A DNA stretch of 36,843 bases from a virus (taxonomy: Duplodnaviria > Heunggongvirae > Uroviricota > Caudoviricetes). Each line of letters starts with the position of its first letter. Position 1 is the first letter of the stretch. The stretch is from IMG/VR virus record IMGVR_UViG_2529292736_000005; one strand, given 5' to 3'. Positions 7,996-16,982 of this stretch are shown one piece after another. The notes below the pieces were generated by a model, which was not told the DNA's origin, ran no database searches, and saw only the letters and a program-made list of their open reading frames with translations. The translations under genes and the position numbers were made by a program.

Positions 7996-8342
7996 TGATA
8001 TCTCTCCCTGCCGGTTCGCGTATCTGGCTGGTTGCCGGTATCACCGACATGCGAAATGGTTTTAACGGCCTGGCATCAAAAGTTCAGAACGTCCTGAAGG
8101 ATGACCCGTTCTCCGGGCATCTGTTCATCTTCCGCGGACGCCGGGGTGACCAGATAAAAGTGTTGTGGGCTGACAGTGACGGACTGTGCCTCTTCACCAA
8201 ACGCCTGGAGCGGGGCCGCTTCGTCTGGCCGGTTACCCGTGACGGCAAGGTGCACCTTACTCCGGCTCAGTTATCTATGCTTCTTGAAGGTATCAACTGG
8301 AAGCACCCGAAACGAACGGAACGCGCTGGCATCCGCATATAA
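7995..8342 (+). CDS. tnpB: IS66-family TnpB accessory protein (orf2)
   Basis: MISLPAGSRIWLVAGITDMRNGFNGLA... typical IS66 Orf2. Confidence 0.85.
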   Translation: MISLPAGSRIWLVAGITDMRNGFNGLASKVQNVLKDDPFSGHLFIFRGRRGDQIKVLWADSDGLCLFTKRLERGRFVWPVTRDGKVHLTPAQLSMLLEGINWKHPKRTERAGIRI

Positions 8343-8361
8343 CCCGTTGTAAAGTGAGGAT

Positions 8362-9933
8362 ATGGACACCTCACTTGCTCATGAGAACGCCCGCCTGCGG
8401 GCACTGTTGCAGACGCAACAGGACACCATACGCCAGATGGCTGAATACAACCGCCTGCTCTCACAGCGGGTGGCGGCTTATGCTTCCGAAATCAACCGGC
8501 TGAAGGCGCTGGTTGCGAAACTGCAACGTATGCAGTTCGGTAAAAGCTCAGAAAAACTTCGCGCTAAAACCGAACGGCAGATACAGGAAGCCCAGGAGCG
8601 AATCAGCGCACTTCAGGAAGAAATGGCGGAAACGCTGGGTGAGCAATATGACCCGGTACTGCCATCCGCCCTGCGCCAGTCTTCAGCCCGTAAGCCGTTA
8701 CCGGCCTCACTTCCCCGTGAAACCCGGGTCATCCGGCCGGAAGAGGAATGCTGCCCGGCCTGTGGTGGTGACCTCAGTCCTCTGGGGTGTGATGTGTCAG
8801 AGCAACTGGAGCTTATCAGCAGCGCTTTTAAGGTTATCGAAACACAACGTCCGAAACTGGCCTGTTGCCGGTGCGACCATATCGTGCAGGCACCAGTACC
8901 TTCAAAACCCATTGCACGCAGTTATGCCGGAGCGGGGCTTCTGGCTCATATCGTCACCGGGAAGTATGCAGACCATCTGCCGTTATACCGCCAGTCAGAA
9001 ATATACCTTCGTCAGGGCGTGGAACTGAGCCGCGCCACGCTGGGGCGCTGGACCGGTGCCGTTGCTGAACTGCTGGAGCCGCTGTATGACGTGCTGCGCC
9101 AGTATGTGCTGATGCCCGGTAAAGTCCATGCGGATGATATCCCCGTTCCGGTCCAGGAGCCGGGCAGTGGTAAAACAAGAACTGCCCGGCTGTGGGTCTA
9201 TGTCCGTGATGACCGTAACGCCGGTTCACAGATGCCCCCGGCGGTCTGGTTCGCGTACAGCCCGGACCGGAAAGGTATCCATCCACAGAATCACCTGGCC
9301 GGTTACAGCGGTGTGCTTCAGGCAGATGCTTACGGTGGTTACCGGGCGTTATACGAATCCGGCAGAATAACGGAAGCCGCGTGTATGGCCCATGCCCGGA
9401 GAAAAATCCACGATGTGCATGCAAGAGTGCCAACCGACATCACCACGGAAGCCCTGCAGCGTATCGGTGAACTGTATGTCATCGAGGCAGAAGTCTGGGG
9501 ATGTTCAGCAGAACAGCGTCTGGCAGCAAGAAAAGCCAGAGCGGCTCCACTGATGCAGTCACTGTATGACTGGATACAGGAACAGATGAAAACACTGTCG
9601 CGTCACTCGGATACGGCAAAAGCGTTCGCATACCTGCTGAAACAGTGGGAGGCCCTGAACGTGTACTGCAGTAATGGCTGGGTGGAAATCGACAACAACA
9701 TCGCAGAGAACGCCTTACGGGGAGTGGCCGTAGGCCGGAAAAACTGGCTCTTCGCGGGTTCCGACAGCGGTGGCGAACATGCGGCGGTGTTGTACTCGCT
9801 GATCGGCACATGCCGTCTGAACAATGTAGAGCCAGAAAAATGGCTGCGTTACGTTATTGAGCATATCCAGGACTGGCCGGCAAACCGGGTACGCGATCTG
9901 TTGCCCTGGAAAGTTGATCTGACTTCTCAGTAA
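8362..9933 (+). CDS. tnpC: IS66-family transposase TnpC (523 aa)
   Basis: N-terminal leucine-rich helix, CPACGG...CCRC zinc motif, DDE-type core. Confidence 0.85.
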   Translation: MDTSLAHENARLRALLQTQQDTIRQMAEYNRLLSQRVAAYASEINRLKALVAKLQRMQFGKSSEKLRAKTERQIQEAQERISALQEEMAETLGEQYDPVLPSALRQSSARKPLPASLPRETRVIRPEEECCPACGGDLSPLGCDVSEQLELISSAFKVIETQRPKLACCRCDHIVQAPVPSKPIARSYAGAGLLAHIVTGKYADHLPLYRQSEIYLRQGVELSRATLGRWTGAVAELLEPLYDVLRQYVLMPGKVHADDIPVPVQEPGSGKTRTARLWVYVRDDRNAGSQMPPAVWFAYSPDRKGIHPQNHLAGYSGVLQADAYGGYRALYESGRITEAACMAHARRKIHDVHARVPTDITTEALQRIGELYVIEAEVWGCSAEQRLAARKARAAPLMQSLYDWIQEQMKTLSRHSDTAKAFAYLLKQWEALNVYCSNGWVEIDNNIAENALRGVAVGRKNWLFAGSDSGGEHAAVLYSLIGTCRLNNVEPEKWLRYVIEHIQDWPANRVRDLLPWKVDLTSQ

Positions 9934-9964
9934 ATATCAATACGGTTCTGGCGAGCCGCTTACG

Positions 9965-10312
9965 ATGAAAACACTGTCGCGTCACTCAGATACGGCAAAA
10001 GCGTTCGCATACCTGCTGAAACAGTGGGATGCACTGAACGTGTACTGCAGTAATGGCTGGGTGGAAATCGACAACAACATCGCAGAGAACGCCTTACGGG
10101 GAGTGGCCGTAGGCCGGAAAAACTGGATGTTCGCGGGTTCCGACAGCGGTGGTGAACATGCGGCGGTGTTGTACTCGCTGATCGGCACATGCCGTCTGAA
10201 CAATGTGGAGCCAGAAAAGTGGCTGCGCTACGTCATTGAACATATCCAGGACTGGCCGGCAAACCGGGTACGCGATCTGTTGCCCTGGAAAGTTGATCTG
10301 AGCTCTCAGTAA
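9965..10312 (+). pseudogene. 3' fragment of a second, diverged IS66-family tnpC
   Basis: 9964-10342 aligns with 9585-9963 with about 14 substitutions by eye (~96% identity). Confidence 0.7.
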
Positions 10313-10350
10313 ATATCAATACGGTTCTGACGAGCCGCTTACTAGCCGGT

Positions 10351-10491
10351 GGAGATTTCGAGGATGAATTCGAAGTGGATGATGATGCAACACCAGATGA
10401 AATACAGGATGAAGCTAAAGATATTTTCTTTAACTACTGCAATTACTCATACCACGAAATAAAAGACGAAGAGGAAGAACAAAATGGCTGA
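10351..10491 (+). pseudogene. 3' part of the small acidic ORF disrupted by the IS
   Basis: In frame with 7218-7259 once the IS and one repeat copy are removed; restored product is 60 aa. Confidence 0.5.
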
Positions 10492-10660
10492 TTTTGGTTC
10501 AACTAAATATAACGCCAGTTTTGAAGAATGGCATGAACTGTTAATGGATTATGCAGAGTTACGCGGTGGAAGTGCCGCTGATGCTGAAGCATGGCGTGAT
10601 GATTATGAAGCAGGGAAAACACCGGTCGAAGCATATTGTGATGAGTGGGGCGATGAATGA
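10484..10660 (+). CDS. hypothetical small protein (58 aa)
   Basis: Own translation MADFGSTKYNASFEEWHELLMDYAELRGG...; stop overlaps the next start. Confidence 0.4.
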   Translation: MADFGSTKYNASFEEWHELLMDYAELRGGSAADAEAWRDDYEAGKTPVEAYCDEWGDE

Positions 10661-11016
10661 GCGAGATTAATTATCAGGAAGGGCATGAAAAGGCAGGGCA
10701 GGCAAAACCAGTGGCATGGCGATATCGCTACGTGAAAAAAGGCGTTACAGACTTTCAGGGGAAGCAGTGGGTTGGTGACTGGAAATATGTCCCGACAAAA
10801 GAGGATTGCAACGACAGACCGAACTATGAAATTCAGGCGTTATTCACTGCCCCGCCTGTGCCACTGACACCAGAAGGATTGATTAAAGCAGTGCGTTTCT
10901 ATGAACAGGTAAAGCGTGAGAATCCGCCAGTCGAAACCGGAGCATGGAAAGACGCTGTTGACTGGGTGCTCAAAGAGGCTTGCCAGTCTGTAAACATTGG
11001 CATCAAAGGAGAGTGA
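10657..11016 (+). CDS. Ead/Ea22-like protein (119 aa)
   Basis: N-terminus MSEINYQEGHEKA; ORF track. Confidence 0.5.
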   Translation: MSEINYQEGHEKAGQAKPVAWRYRYVKKGVTDFQGKQWVGDWKYVPTKEDCNDRPNYEIQALFTAPPVPLTPEGLIKAVRFYEQVKRENPPVETGAWKDAVDWVLKEACQSVNIGIKGE

Positions 11017-11017
11017 T

Positions 11018-11281
11018 ATGGCAACTTTGACAAAAAAAGAACAAGCATGGTTGAGCGAATTACAGGACGTTCTTGATCGCTGTCCATCACCGAAAAAAAT
11101 TGGTTTTTACACCATTGGCGATAAAAGCATTTACCTGTATGACCTGCGCCGCATGGATGAAATCATGGAGGCTCTTGATAATCGTTCGTCGATGGATTGG
11201 TGTGTTGCTGTTCATGATATGAATGCAGGGTTTGATGAAAAGATTTTGTTCCCCTCATCAGTTGAAAGCACTGCGGGTTAA
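11018..11281 (+). CDS. hypothetical protein (87 aa)
   Basis: ATG at 11018 after AAAGGAGAG; internal start of the 94-aa track ORF. Confidence 0.45.
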   Translation: MATLTKKEQAWLSELQDVLDRCPSPKKIGFYTIGDKSIYLYDLRRMDEIMEALDNRSSMDWCVAVHDMNAGFDEKILFPSSVESTAG

Positions 11282-11291
11282 GGAGTAACAC

Positions 11292-11459
11292 ATGACCACT
11301 ATTACCAAAGAACGTATTGAATTGTTCATTAAAAATCCGGTTGAAAACGGGCTTACCCGTGGTGAACAAATGGAACTGGCACGGATTGCGCTGGCATCGC
11401 TGGAAGCAGAGCCGGTTGTGTTCTGGTTTGAAAAATATCAAGAAGGGGCTACGGCATGA
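11292..11459 (+). CDS. hypothetical small protein (55 aa)
   Basis: Own translation [16 protein letters not shown]...; AGGAG RBS; ATGA overlap with next ORF. Confidence 0.35.
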   Translation: MTTITKERIELFIKNPVENGLTRGEQMELARIALASLEAEPVVFWFEKYQEGATA

Positions 11460-11800
11460 CGACTTTTACCAGAGAGCAGTTAATAGCTCACGCAGAGGAG
11501 ACTATTGAAGCACAGAGACTGTGCATACCGGGCACAATCGACCATGACATCATCCGCACATATAAGATGGATATTGCTGTTCTGGAAATCGCACTGGTAT
11601 CGCTGGCAGCAGAGCCAGCCGGTAAATTGCATGAATACAAACCAGTGGGATATCAGCGTCTGGTCGATGAGTTAACCATGCTGGTAAAGCAGTTAACCTG
11701 GCAACTGAGGAAAGCGAAGCCAGACTGCAAATTACCGGATAAGGCGATGAGTTATCTGGAGCGGAACGGACTGATAAGCGTGGAGGATATTTTACGATGA
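11456..11800 (+). CDS. hypothetical protein (114 aa)
   Basis: ORF track; shares an (A)L(A/V)SL(E/A)AEP motif with the preceding small ORF. Confidence 0.5.
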   Translation: MTTFTREQLIAHAEETIEAQRLCIPGTIDHDIIRTYKMDIAVLEIALVSLAAEPAGKLHEYKPVGYQRLVDELTMLVKQLTWQLRKAKPDCKLPDKAMSYLERNGLISVEDILR

Positions 11801-12091
11801 CCTGGCCTGAAGCATTAACAACGGTAGGAATTGCGATGGCGGTGGCGCTGGTGGTGTATTCGATTTGCCGCTGGGGATAAAAACGGTTTGCGGTAAAGCG
11901 AGAGTTAAGTAGAATTGCTGCGGGTGCTTGAGGCTATCTGCCTCAGGCATGAACACCAAAAGGCAGATAGAGAAAAGCCCCAGTTAACATTACGCGTCCT
12001 GCAAGACGCTTAACATTAATCTGAGGCCCAATCTATGTCTCACAAATGTAGGTTAGCCTCTTACGTGCCGAAAGGCAAGGAGAAGCAGGCT

Positions 12092-12247
12092 ATGAAGCAG
12101 CAAAAGGCGATGCTAATCGCCCTGATCGTCATCTGTTTAACCGTCATGGTGACGGCACTGGTAACGAGGAAAGACCTCTGCGAGGTACGAATCCGAACCG
12201 GCCAGACGGAGGTCGCTGTCTTCACAGCTTACGAACCTGAGGAGTAA
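12092..12247 (+). CDS. hok: Hok/Gef-family type I toxin (51 aa)
   Basis: MKQQKAMLIALIVICLTVMVTALVTRKDLCEVRIRTGQTEVAVFTAYEPEE, near-identical to HokD/RelF as recalled; in-frame upstream extension from 12035 is mok-like. Confidence 0.8.
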   Translation: MKQQKAMLIALIVICLTVMVTALVTRKDLCEVRIRTGQTEVAVFTAYEPEE

Positions 12248-12316
12248 GAGACCCGGCGGGGGAGAAATCCCTCGCCACCGCTGATGTGTCAGGCATCCTC
12301 AACGCACCCGCACTTA

Positions 12317-12342
12317 ACCCGCTTCGGCGGGTTTTGTTTTTT
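12317..12342 (+). terminator. rho-independent terminator downstream of hok
   Basis: ACCCGC-TTCG-GCGGGT stem-loop followed by TTTGTTTTTT. Confidence 0.6.
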
Positions 12343-12414
12343 CCTGGCATTCTGGTTTACAATTCGCACACCAGCCTGAACAACTGGCACCTGCTGCGCC
12401 AGCAGAGACAACCG

Positions 12415-12693
12415 ATGGCGCACGATACCAAATTACACAATTCTGATAATTCAGCCGTCTTTGCCAGCAGGCGCGGACGGTGTTTTCACGCATTCAAATC
12501 TGACTGGTACCAGCATCCCCCATGCACTGAAGAACAGGCCGAATGGCTCATTCAGTGTTACCGCAGGCGCGGATACGAGGTTAAAAAAGCCCTTAACCTC
12601 GACTACCGTCACTGGATAATCTCCGTCAGGCTTCCTTACTCTGAACGCCCACCGCGTCCGTCCCGCACATTCCAGCAACGCATCTGGAGGTAA
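12415..12693 (+). CDS. hypothetical protein (92 aa)
   Basis: First in-frame ATG downstream of the terminator hairpin; weak RBS. Confidence 0.4.
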   Translation: MAHDTKLHNSDNSAVFASRRGRCFHAFKSDWYQHPPCTEEQAEWLIQCYRRRGYEVKKALNLDYRHWIISVRLPYSERPPRPSRTFQQRIWR

Positions 12694-12694
12694 C

Positions 12695-13087
12695 GTGCGG
12701 GTATTACTTCGACCTGTTCTGGTACCGGAACTCGGGCTGGTGATCGTTAAGCCGGGCCGTGAATCCATGCCGGTATTCCACAATACCCGGGTACTGGTGG
12801 AGCCGGAACCGAAAAGCATGCGTAATCTGCCGTCCGGGGTCGTTCCTGCCGTTCGCCAGCCGCTGGCGGAGGATAAATCATTACTGCCATTTTTCAGCGA
12901 CGAACGAGTGATTCGTGCTGCTGGTGGCGCTGGCGCATTGTCTGACTGGTTACTGCGCCATGTTAAATCCTGCCAGTGGCCACACGGCGATTATCACCAC
13001 AGTGAAACCGTCATTCACCGTTATGGTACCGGCGCAATGGTGTTGTGCTGGCACTGCGACAACCAGTTGCGTGACCAGACCTCCTAA
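12695..13087 (+). CDS. hypothetical protein with C-terminal CWHCDNQ Cys/His motif (130 aa)
   Basis: GTG start 5 nt after GGAGG. Confidence 0.5.
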   Translation: MRVLLRPVLVPELGLVIVKPGRESMPVFHNTRVLVEPEPKSMRNLPSGVVPAVRQPLAEDKSLLPFFSDERVIRAAGGAGALSDWLLRHVKSCQWPHGDYHHSETVIHRYGTGAMVLCWHCDNQLRDQTS

Positions 13088-13126
13088 TCACTTGAGCAAC
13101 TTGCTCACCAAAACCTGTCAGCATGG

Positions 13127-13744
13127 ATGATTGACGTCATTCGTCACGCAATGAATGGCACACAGGAGCGTGAATTATCGCTGGCTGAATTATCCTGGTG
13201 GGCGGCCTGCAATCAGGTGGTGGATGCACTACCTGAGGCAGTAGCGCGTCGTTCGCTGGGATTACCAGCGGAAAAAATCCGCTCCGTATACCGTGAGAGT
13301 GACATCGTACCGGGAGAACAGACAGCCATCAGCATACTGAAGCAGCGCACAAAAAATATTGCGCTGCCACTTCACGTCCACCAGCAACAAAATCCACCAC
13401 AGGAAAAGACGGTGGTCAGCATTGCCGTTGATCCGGAGTCTCCGGAATCCTTCATGAAACGACCTAAACGTCGCCGCTGGGTTAACGAGAAATACACGCG
13501 CTGGGTGAAGACACAGCCGTGTGCGTGTTGTGGTAAGCCAGCCGACGATCCCCATCACCTGATTGGTCATGGTCAGGGCGGAATGGGGACAAAATCTCAC
13601 GATATTTTCACGCTACCGCTGTGTCGGGAGCATCACAACGAGCTTCATGCGGATCCGCTGGCGTTCGAAGAAAAGCATGGCTCTCAGGTTGATTTAATTT
13701 TTCGTTTTCTTGATCACGCCTTTGCAACCGGCGTGCTCGGGTAA
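13127..13744 (+). CDS. HNH-like Cys/His-motif protein, DUF968/YdfU-like (205 aa)
   Basis: CACCGKPADDPHHLIGHGQGGMGTKSHDIFTLPLCREHHNELH; sits just upstream of rusA. Confidence 0.5.
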   Translation: MIDVIRHAMNGTQERELSLAELSWWAACNQVVDALPEAVARRSLGLPAEKIRSVYRESDIVPGEQTAISILKQRTKNIALPLHVHQQQNPPQEKTVVSIAVDPESPESFMKRPKRRRWVNEKYTRWVKTQPCACCGKPADDPHHLIGHGQGGMGTKSHDIFTLPLCREHHNELHADPLAFEEKHGSQVDLIFRFLDHAFATGVLG

Positions 13745-13756
13745 AAGAGGTTACTG

Positions 13757-14131
13757 ATGCGTATAGAGTTTGTTTTGCCTTACCCGCCGACGGTGAACAC
13801 CTACTGGCGACGTCGTGGCAGCACATATTTTGTATCAAAAGCCGGTGAGCGTTATCGCCGGGCTGTGGCGCTTATTGTTCGCCAGCAGCGGCTGAAATTA
13901 AGCCTGTCCGGAAGGCTGGCGATAAAGATTATTGCCGAGCCACCGGATAAGCGCCGCCGTGACCTGGACAATATTCTGAAAGCGCCGCTGGATGCGCTGA
14001 CGCATGCGGGGTTGCTAATGGACGATGAGCAGTTTGATGAAATCAATATCGTTCGTGCTCAGCCAGTATCTGGTGGACGTCTGGGGGTGAAGATTTACCC
14101 CATAATGCTTGCAGGGCAGGTCAAAAAATGA
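13757..14131 (+). CDS. rusA: Holliday junction resolvase RusA
   Basis: Conserved DKRRRDLDN motif and overall RusA-like length and composition. Confidence 0.85.
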   Translation: MRIEFVLPYPPTVNTYWRRRGSTYFVSKAGERYRRAVALIVRQQRLKLSLSGRLAIKIIAEPPDKRRRDLDNILKAPLDALTHAGLLMDDEQFDEINIVRAQPVSGGRLGVKIYPIMLAGQVKK

Positions 14132-14949
14132 AACTGGAAGATTTACCGAAATACTACTCCCCAAAATCCCCCGGCCTGACTGATGCATCGGCCTCAACGT
14201 CGAAAGATGCGCTGAGTATCACTGATGTGATGGCCGCGCAGGGCATGACACAGAATCGGGCTGAGATGGGGTTTTCTGCGTTCCTTGGGAAAATGGGCAT
14301 TAGTATGAATGACAGAGAGCGGGCAACAGAATTGCTGACAGAATATGCACTCAGTCGGTGTGATCGCGTGGCGGCGTTAAGAAAACTCCCGGCAGAAATA
14401 AAACCGGTAGTGATGCGCATTATGGCTTCGTACGCTTTTGAGGATTATGCCCGTAGCGCAGCGAGTAAAAAGCAGTGCCCTTGTTGCTATGGGGAAAAAT
14501 TTATTGAAAGCGTAGTTTTTACAAACAAGGTCCAGTATCCGGATGGTAAGCCGCCGGTATGGGCAAAGTGTACGAAAGGTGTGTATCCGTCTTACTGGGA
14601 AGAATGGAAAAAAGTCAGGGAGGTGGTAAAAGTTGCCTGTCCGGAGTGTGGCGGAAAGGGTGAGGTTTCCACCGCCTGTAAGGATTGCCGTGGGCGTGGT
14701 GTCGCCATTCATCGTGAAGAGTCGGTAAAACGTGGTATGCCTGTTATCAGAGACTGCCAGCGTTGTGGTGGTCGTGGCTGTGAAAGACTACCATCAACGG
14801 AGGCATTTAATGCCATATGCGAAGTGACGAGTGCTATCACGCTTGATACGTGGAAAAAATCAGTGAAACGCTTTTACGATACGTTGGTGGTTCGGTTTGA
14901 CATTGAAGAGGCATGGGCGGAGCGGCAGTTAAAGAGGGTAACGCGATAG
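14128..14949 (+). CDS. late antiterminator Q (QuuQ-like, zinc-binding)
   Basis: SPKSP...TDVMAAQGM...SYAFEDYARSAA pattern and multiple CxxC motifs resemble QuuQ-type Q proteins (recollection). Confidence 0.75.
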   Translation: MKLEDLPKYYSPKSPGLTDASASTSKDALSITDVMAAQGMTQNRAEMGFSAFLGKMGISMNDRERATELLTEYALSRCDRVAALRKLPAEIKPVVMRIMASYAFEDYARSAASKKQCPCCYGEKFIESVVFTNKVQYPDGKPPVWAKCTKGVYPSYWEEWKKVREVVKVACPECGGKGEVSTACKDCRGRGVAIHREESVKRGMPVIRDCQRCGGRGCERLPSTEAFNAICEVTSAITLDTWKKSVKRFYDTLVVRFDIEEAWAERQLKRVTR

Positions 14950-14954
14950 TGTTG

Positions 14955-14982
14955 TTGATTTTTCCCGAATCTGTGGTAAATT
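14955..14982 (+). promoter_or_regulatory. putative late promoter PR'
   Basis: TTGATT, 16-nt spacer, TGgTAAATT extended -10, immediately downstream of Q. Confidence 0.4.
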
Positions 14983-15031
14983 TGCTCTAACGATGGGCGT
15001 TTTATGCCTGACGTTAGAAGATTTTTTACAC

Positions 15032-15053
15032 CCCGCCGCCTGGCGGGTTTTTT
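15032..15053 (+). terminator. rho-independent terminator (tR'-like)
   Basis: CCCGCC-GCCT-GGCGGG stem-loop followed by TTTTTT. Confidence 0.55.
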
Positions 15054-15175
15054 ATGACTGAAATCGCGTCAGTACAGTAAACGCGCTGGTGGCGGTGAAT
15101 ACCTGTCTTTCAGCTTGCTGGCTTTTTCGACAAGAGTTATTGGTGTGTCACGTTAACCGGAAAAGGGAAAAAGAC

Positions 15176-15373
15176 ATGCTAAAACAGCAGGATATGACAG
15201 AAACCGCCAGAGTAGTGTTTAATGAATTAAGCGTTACCGAACCGGCGACAGTCGGGGAGATAGCGCAGAATACTTACCTTTCACGCGAACGCTGCCAGTT
15301 AATACTGGCCCAGCTGGTTATGGCGGGTCTGGCAGACTATCAGTTCGGTTGTTACAGACGCCTTCCGCAGTGA
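15176..15373 (+). CDS. small putative winged-helix DNA-binding protein (65 aa)
   Basis: Internal ATG after AAAGGGAAAAAG; sequence VGEIAQNTYLSRERCQLILAQL suggests an HTH. Confidence 0.45.
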   Translation: MLKQQDMTETARVVFNELSVTEPATVGEIAQNTYLSRERCQLILAQLVMAGLADYQFGCYRRLPQ

Positions 15374-15385
15374 AGGCTTTTTTAT
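15360..15385 (+). terminator. rho-independent terminator overlapping the stop of the winged-helix ORF
   Basis: GCCTTC-CGCAGT-GAAGGC stem-loop followed by TTTTTTATTT. Confidence 0.45.
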
Positions 15386-15401
15386 TTGTGGTAAATGGGC
15401 G

Positions 15402-15430
15402 GCTGGTGGGTGTTAGGGGCACCCACCAGC
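15402..15430. repeat. perfect 11-bp inverted repeat with 7-nt loop
   Basis: GCTGGTGGGTG-TTAGGGG-CACCCACCAGC. Confidence 0.6.
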
Positions 15431-15523
15431 CATCTGCTCATGCGTTGGGTTCACAAGCAAACCTCAGGCCCACTGCTTTGCGCAAAAGCAGAATGAGCCT
15501 ATCAGAGACAGGCTTAATGATCC

Positions 15524-16573
15524 ATGCTTAATACTGTAAAAATATCCAGTTGTGAGTTAATCAACGCCGACTGCCTGGAATTTATCCGGTCGTTACCCGA
15601 AAATTCTGTTGACCTGATAGTCACGGACCCGCCGTACTTTAAAGTGAAGCCTGAGGGCTGGGATAACCAGTGGAAGGGCGACGATGATTACCTGAAGTGG
15701 CTGGACCAGTGTCTGGCGCAGTTCTGGCGGGTGCTGAAACCTGCCGGAAGTCTTTACCTGTTCTGTGGTCATCGCCTGGCATCTGATATCGAAATCATGA
15801 TGCGTGAACGCTTCAGTGTGCTGAACCATATTATCTGGGCGAAGCCGTCCGGACGCTGGAACGGATGCAACAAGGAAAGCCTGCGGGCGTATTTCCCCGC
15901 CACAGAGCGCATTCTGTTCGCGGAACATTATCAGGGGCCGTATCGTCCGAAAGATGCCGGGTATGCGGCGAAGGGCAGTGCACTGAAACAGCATGTGATG
16001 GCCCCGCTGATTTCTTACTTTCGTGATGCGCGCGTGGCCCTGGGGATAACGGCAAAACAGATTGCAGATGCCACAGGAAAGAAAAACATGGTGTCGCACT
16101 GGTTCAGTGCCAGTCAGTGGCAGCTACCGAACGAAAGCGATTATCTGAAATTACAGTCGCTGTTTGCCCGGGTGGCAGAAGAGAAACATCAGCGCGGTGA
16201 ACTGGAAAAGCCCCACCACCAGCTGGTGGATACGTATACGTCACTGAACCGGCAGTATGTGGAGCTGCAGAGTGAATATAAGCATCTGCGGCGGTATTTT
16301 GGTGTGACGGCGCAGGTGCCGTACACGGATGTGTGGACACATAAACCGGTGCAGTTCTATCCCGGGAAACATCCGTGCGAAAAACCGGCAGAAATGCTGC
16401 AGCAGATAATCAGCGCAAGCAGTCGTCCGGGTGACCTGGTTGCAGATTTTTTTATGGGCTCAGGTTCAACGGTAAAAGCTGCACTGGCGCTCGGGCGTCG
16501 TGCGATTGGCGTTGAACTGGAGACCGGACGTTTTGAGCAGACAGTCAGGGAAGTTCAGGATTTAATCGTTTGA
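15524..16573 (+). CDS. DNA methyltransferase, beta-class N6-adenine/N4-cytosine type (349 aa)
   Basis: N-terminal DLIVTDPPY catalytic motif and C-terminal DFFMGSGST SAM-binding motif. Confidence 0.85.
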   Translation: MLNTVKISSCELINADCLEFIRSLPENSVDLIVTDPPYFKVKPEGWDNQWKGDDDYLKWLDQCLAQFWRVLKPAGSLYLFCGHRLASDIEIMMRERFSVLNHIIWAKPSGRWNGCNKESLRAYFPATERILFAEHYQGPYRPKDAGYAAKGSALKQHVMAPLISYFRDARVALGITAKQIADATGKKNMVSHWFSASQWQLPNESDYLKLQSLFARVAEEKHQRGELEKPHHQLVDTYTSLNRQYVELQSEYKHLRRYFGVTAQVPYTDVWTHKPVQFYPGKHPCEKPAEMLQQIISASSRPGDLVADFFMGSGSTVKAALALGRRAIGVELETGRFEQTVREVQDLIV

Positions 16574-16622
16574 AACGGATGAGATTGCAGAATTAATTAC
16601 GCACCATTATTATTCTGCTTCC

Positions 16623-16698
16623 GGCCCTTTAGCTCAGTGGTGAGAGCGAGCGACTCATAATCGCCAGGTCGCTGGTTCAAATCCAGCAAGGGCCACCA
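16623..16698 (+). tRNA. tRNA with CAU anticodon (Ile2-type; or Met)
   Basis: Cloverleaf folded by hand: acceptor GGCCCTT/AAGGGCC, loop CTCATAA, T-loop GGTTCAAATCC, 3' CCA. Confidence 0.8.
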
Positions 16699-16798
16699 TC
16701 ACAAACCGCCATTAGCTTATCAGGAAGAGCAGACGACACGATAACAGGGTTGTTGGTGCGGGGGCGGGTCCCCGATGGCGGTCCATTATCGGTATTCA

Positions 16799-16875
16799 GC
16801 GTTGTTAGCTCAGCCGGACAGAGCAATTGCCTTCTAAGCAATCGGTCACTGGTTCGAATCCAGTACAGCGCGCCA
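16799..16875 (+). tRNA. tRNA-Arg (UCU)
   Basis: Acceptor GCGTTGT/ACAGCGC, anticodon loop CTTCTAA, T-arm ACTGG-TTCGAAT-CCAGT, 3' GCCA. Confidence 0.8.
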
Positions 16876-16982
16876 TATTCATTCTTCCAGATTCCTTTCG
16901 GCAGAGCCTTATACTGAAATATACCTGGCTCAGGATATTGTTGAAAATATTATATGTTTGTCAAAAATAAAAGTTCTGTTAA

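Larger units (their letters stand above)
7260..10342 (+). mobile_element. composite IS66-family element: full copy 7260-9963 plus nested 379-bp right-end fragment 9964-10342
   Basis: Ends GTAACCGTCTC... and ...GAGCCGCTTAC (imperfect IRs of GTAAGCG type); 8-bp direct repeat TAGCCGGT at 7252-7259 and 10343-10350. Confidence 0.7.

Noticed and set aside
8513-9433. Plus- and minus-strand ORFs inside tnpC (8513-9028, 8613-8912, 8954-9433 and others)
   Set aside because: Alternative-frame ORFs within the IS66 transposase gene; Arg/Pro-rich low-complexity translations
12286-12414. N-terminal extension of the 135-aa track ORF starting at 12286
   Set aside because: It would be translated through the hok terminator hairpin at 12317-12342; the first plausible start is 12415
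16699-16798. Possible third tRNA between the two called tRNAs (Stx phages often carry ileZ-argN-argO)
   Set aside because: No acceptable cloverleaf could be folded by hand; could be a decayed tRNA but cannot be supported
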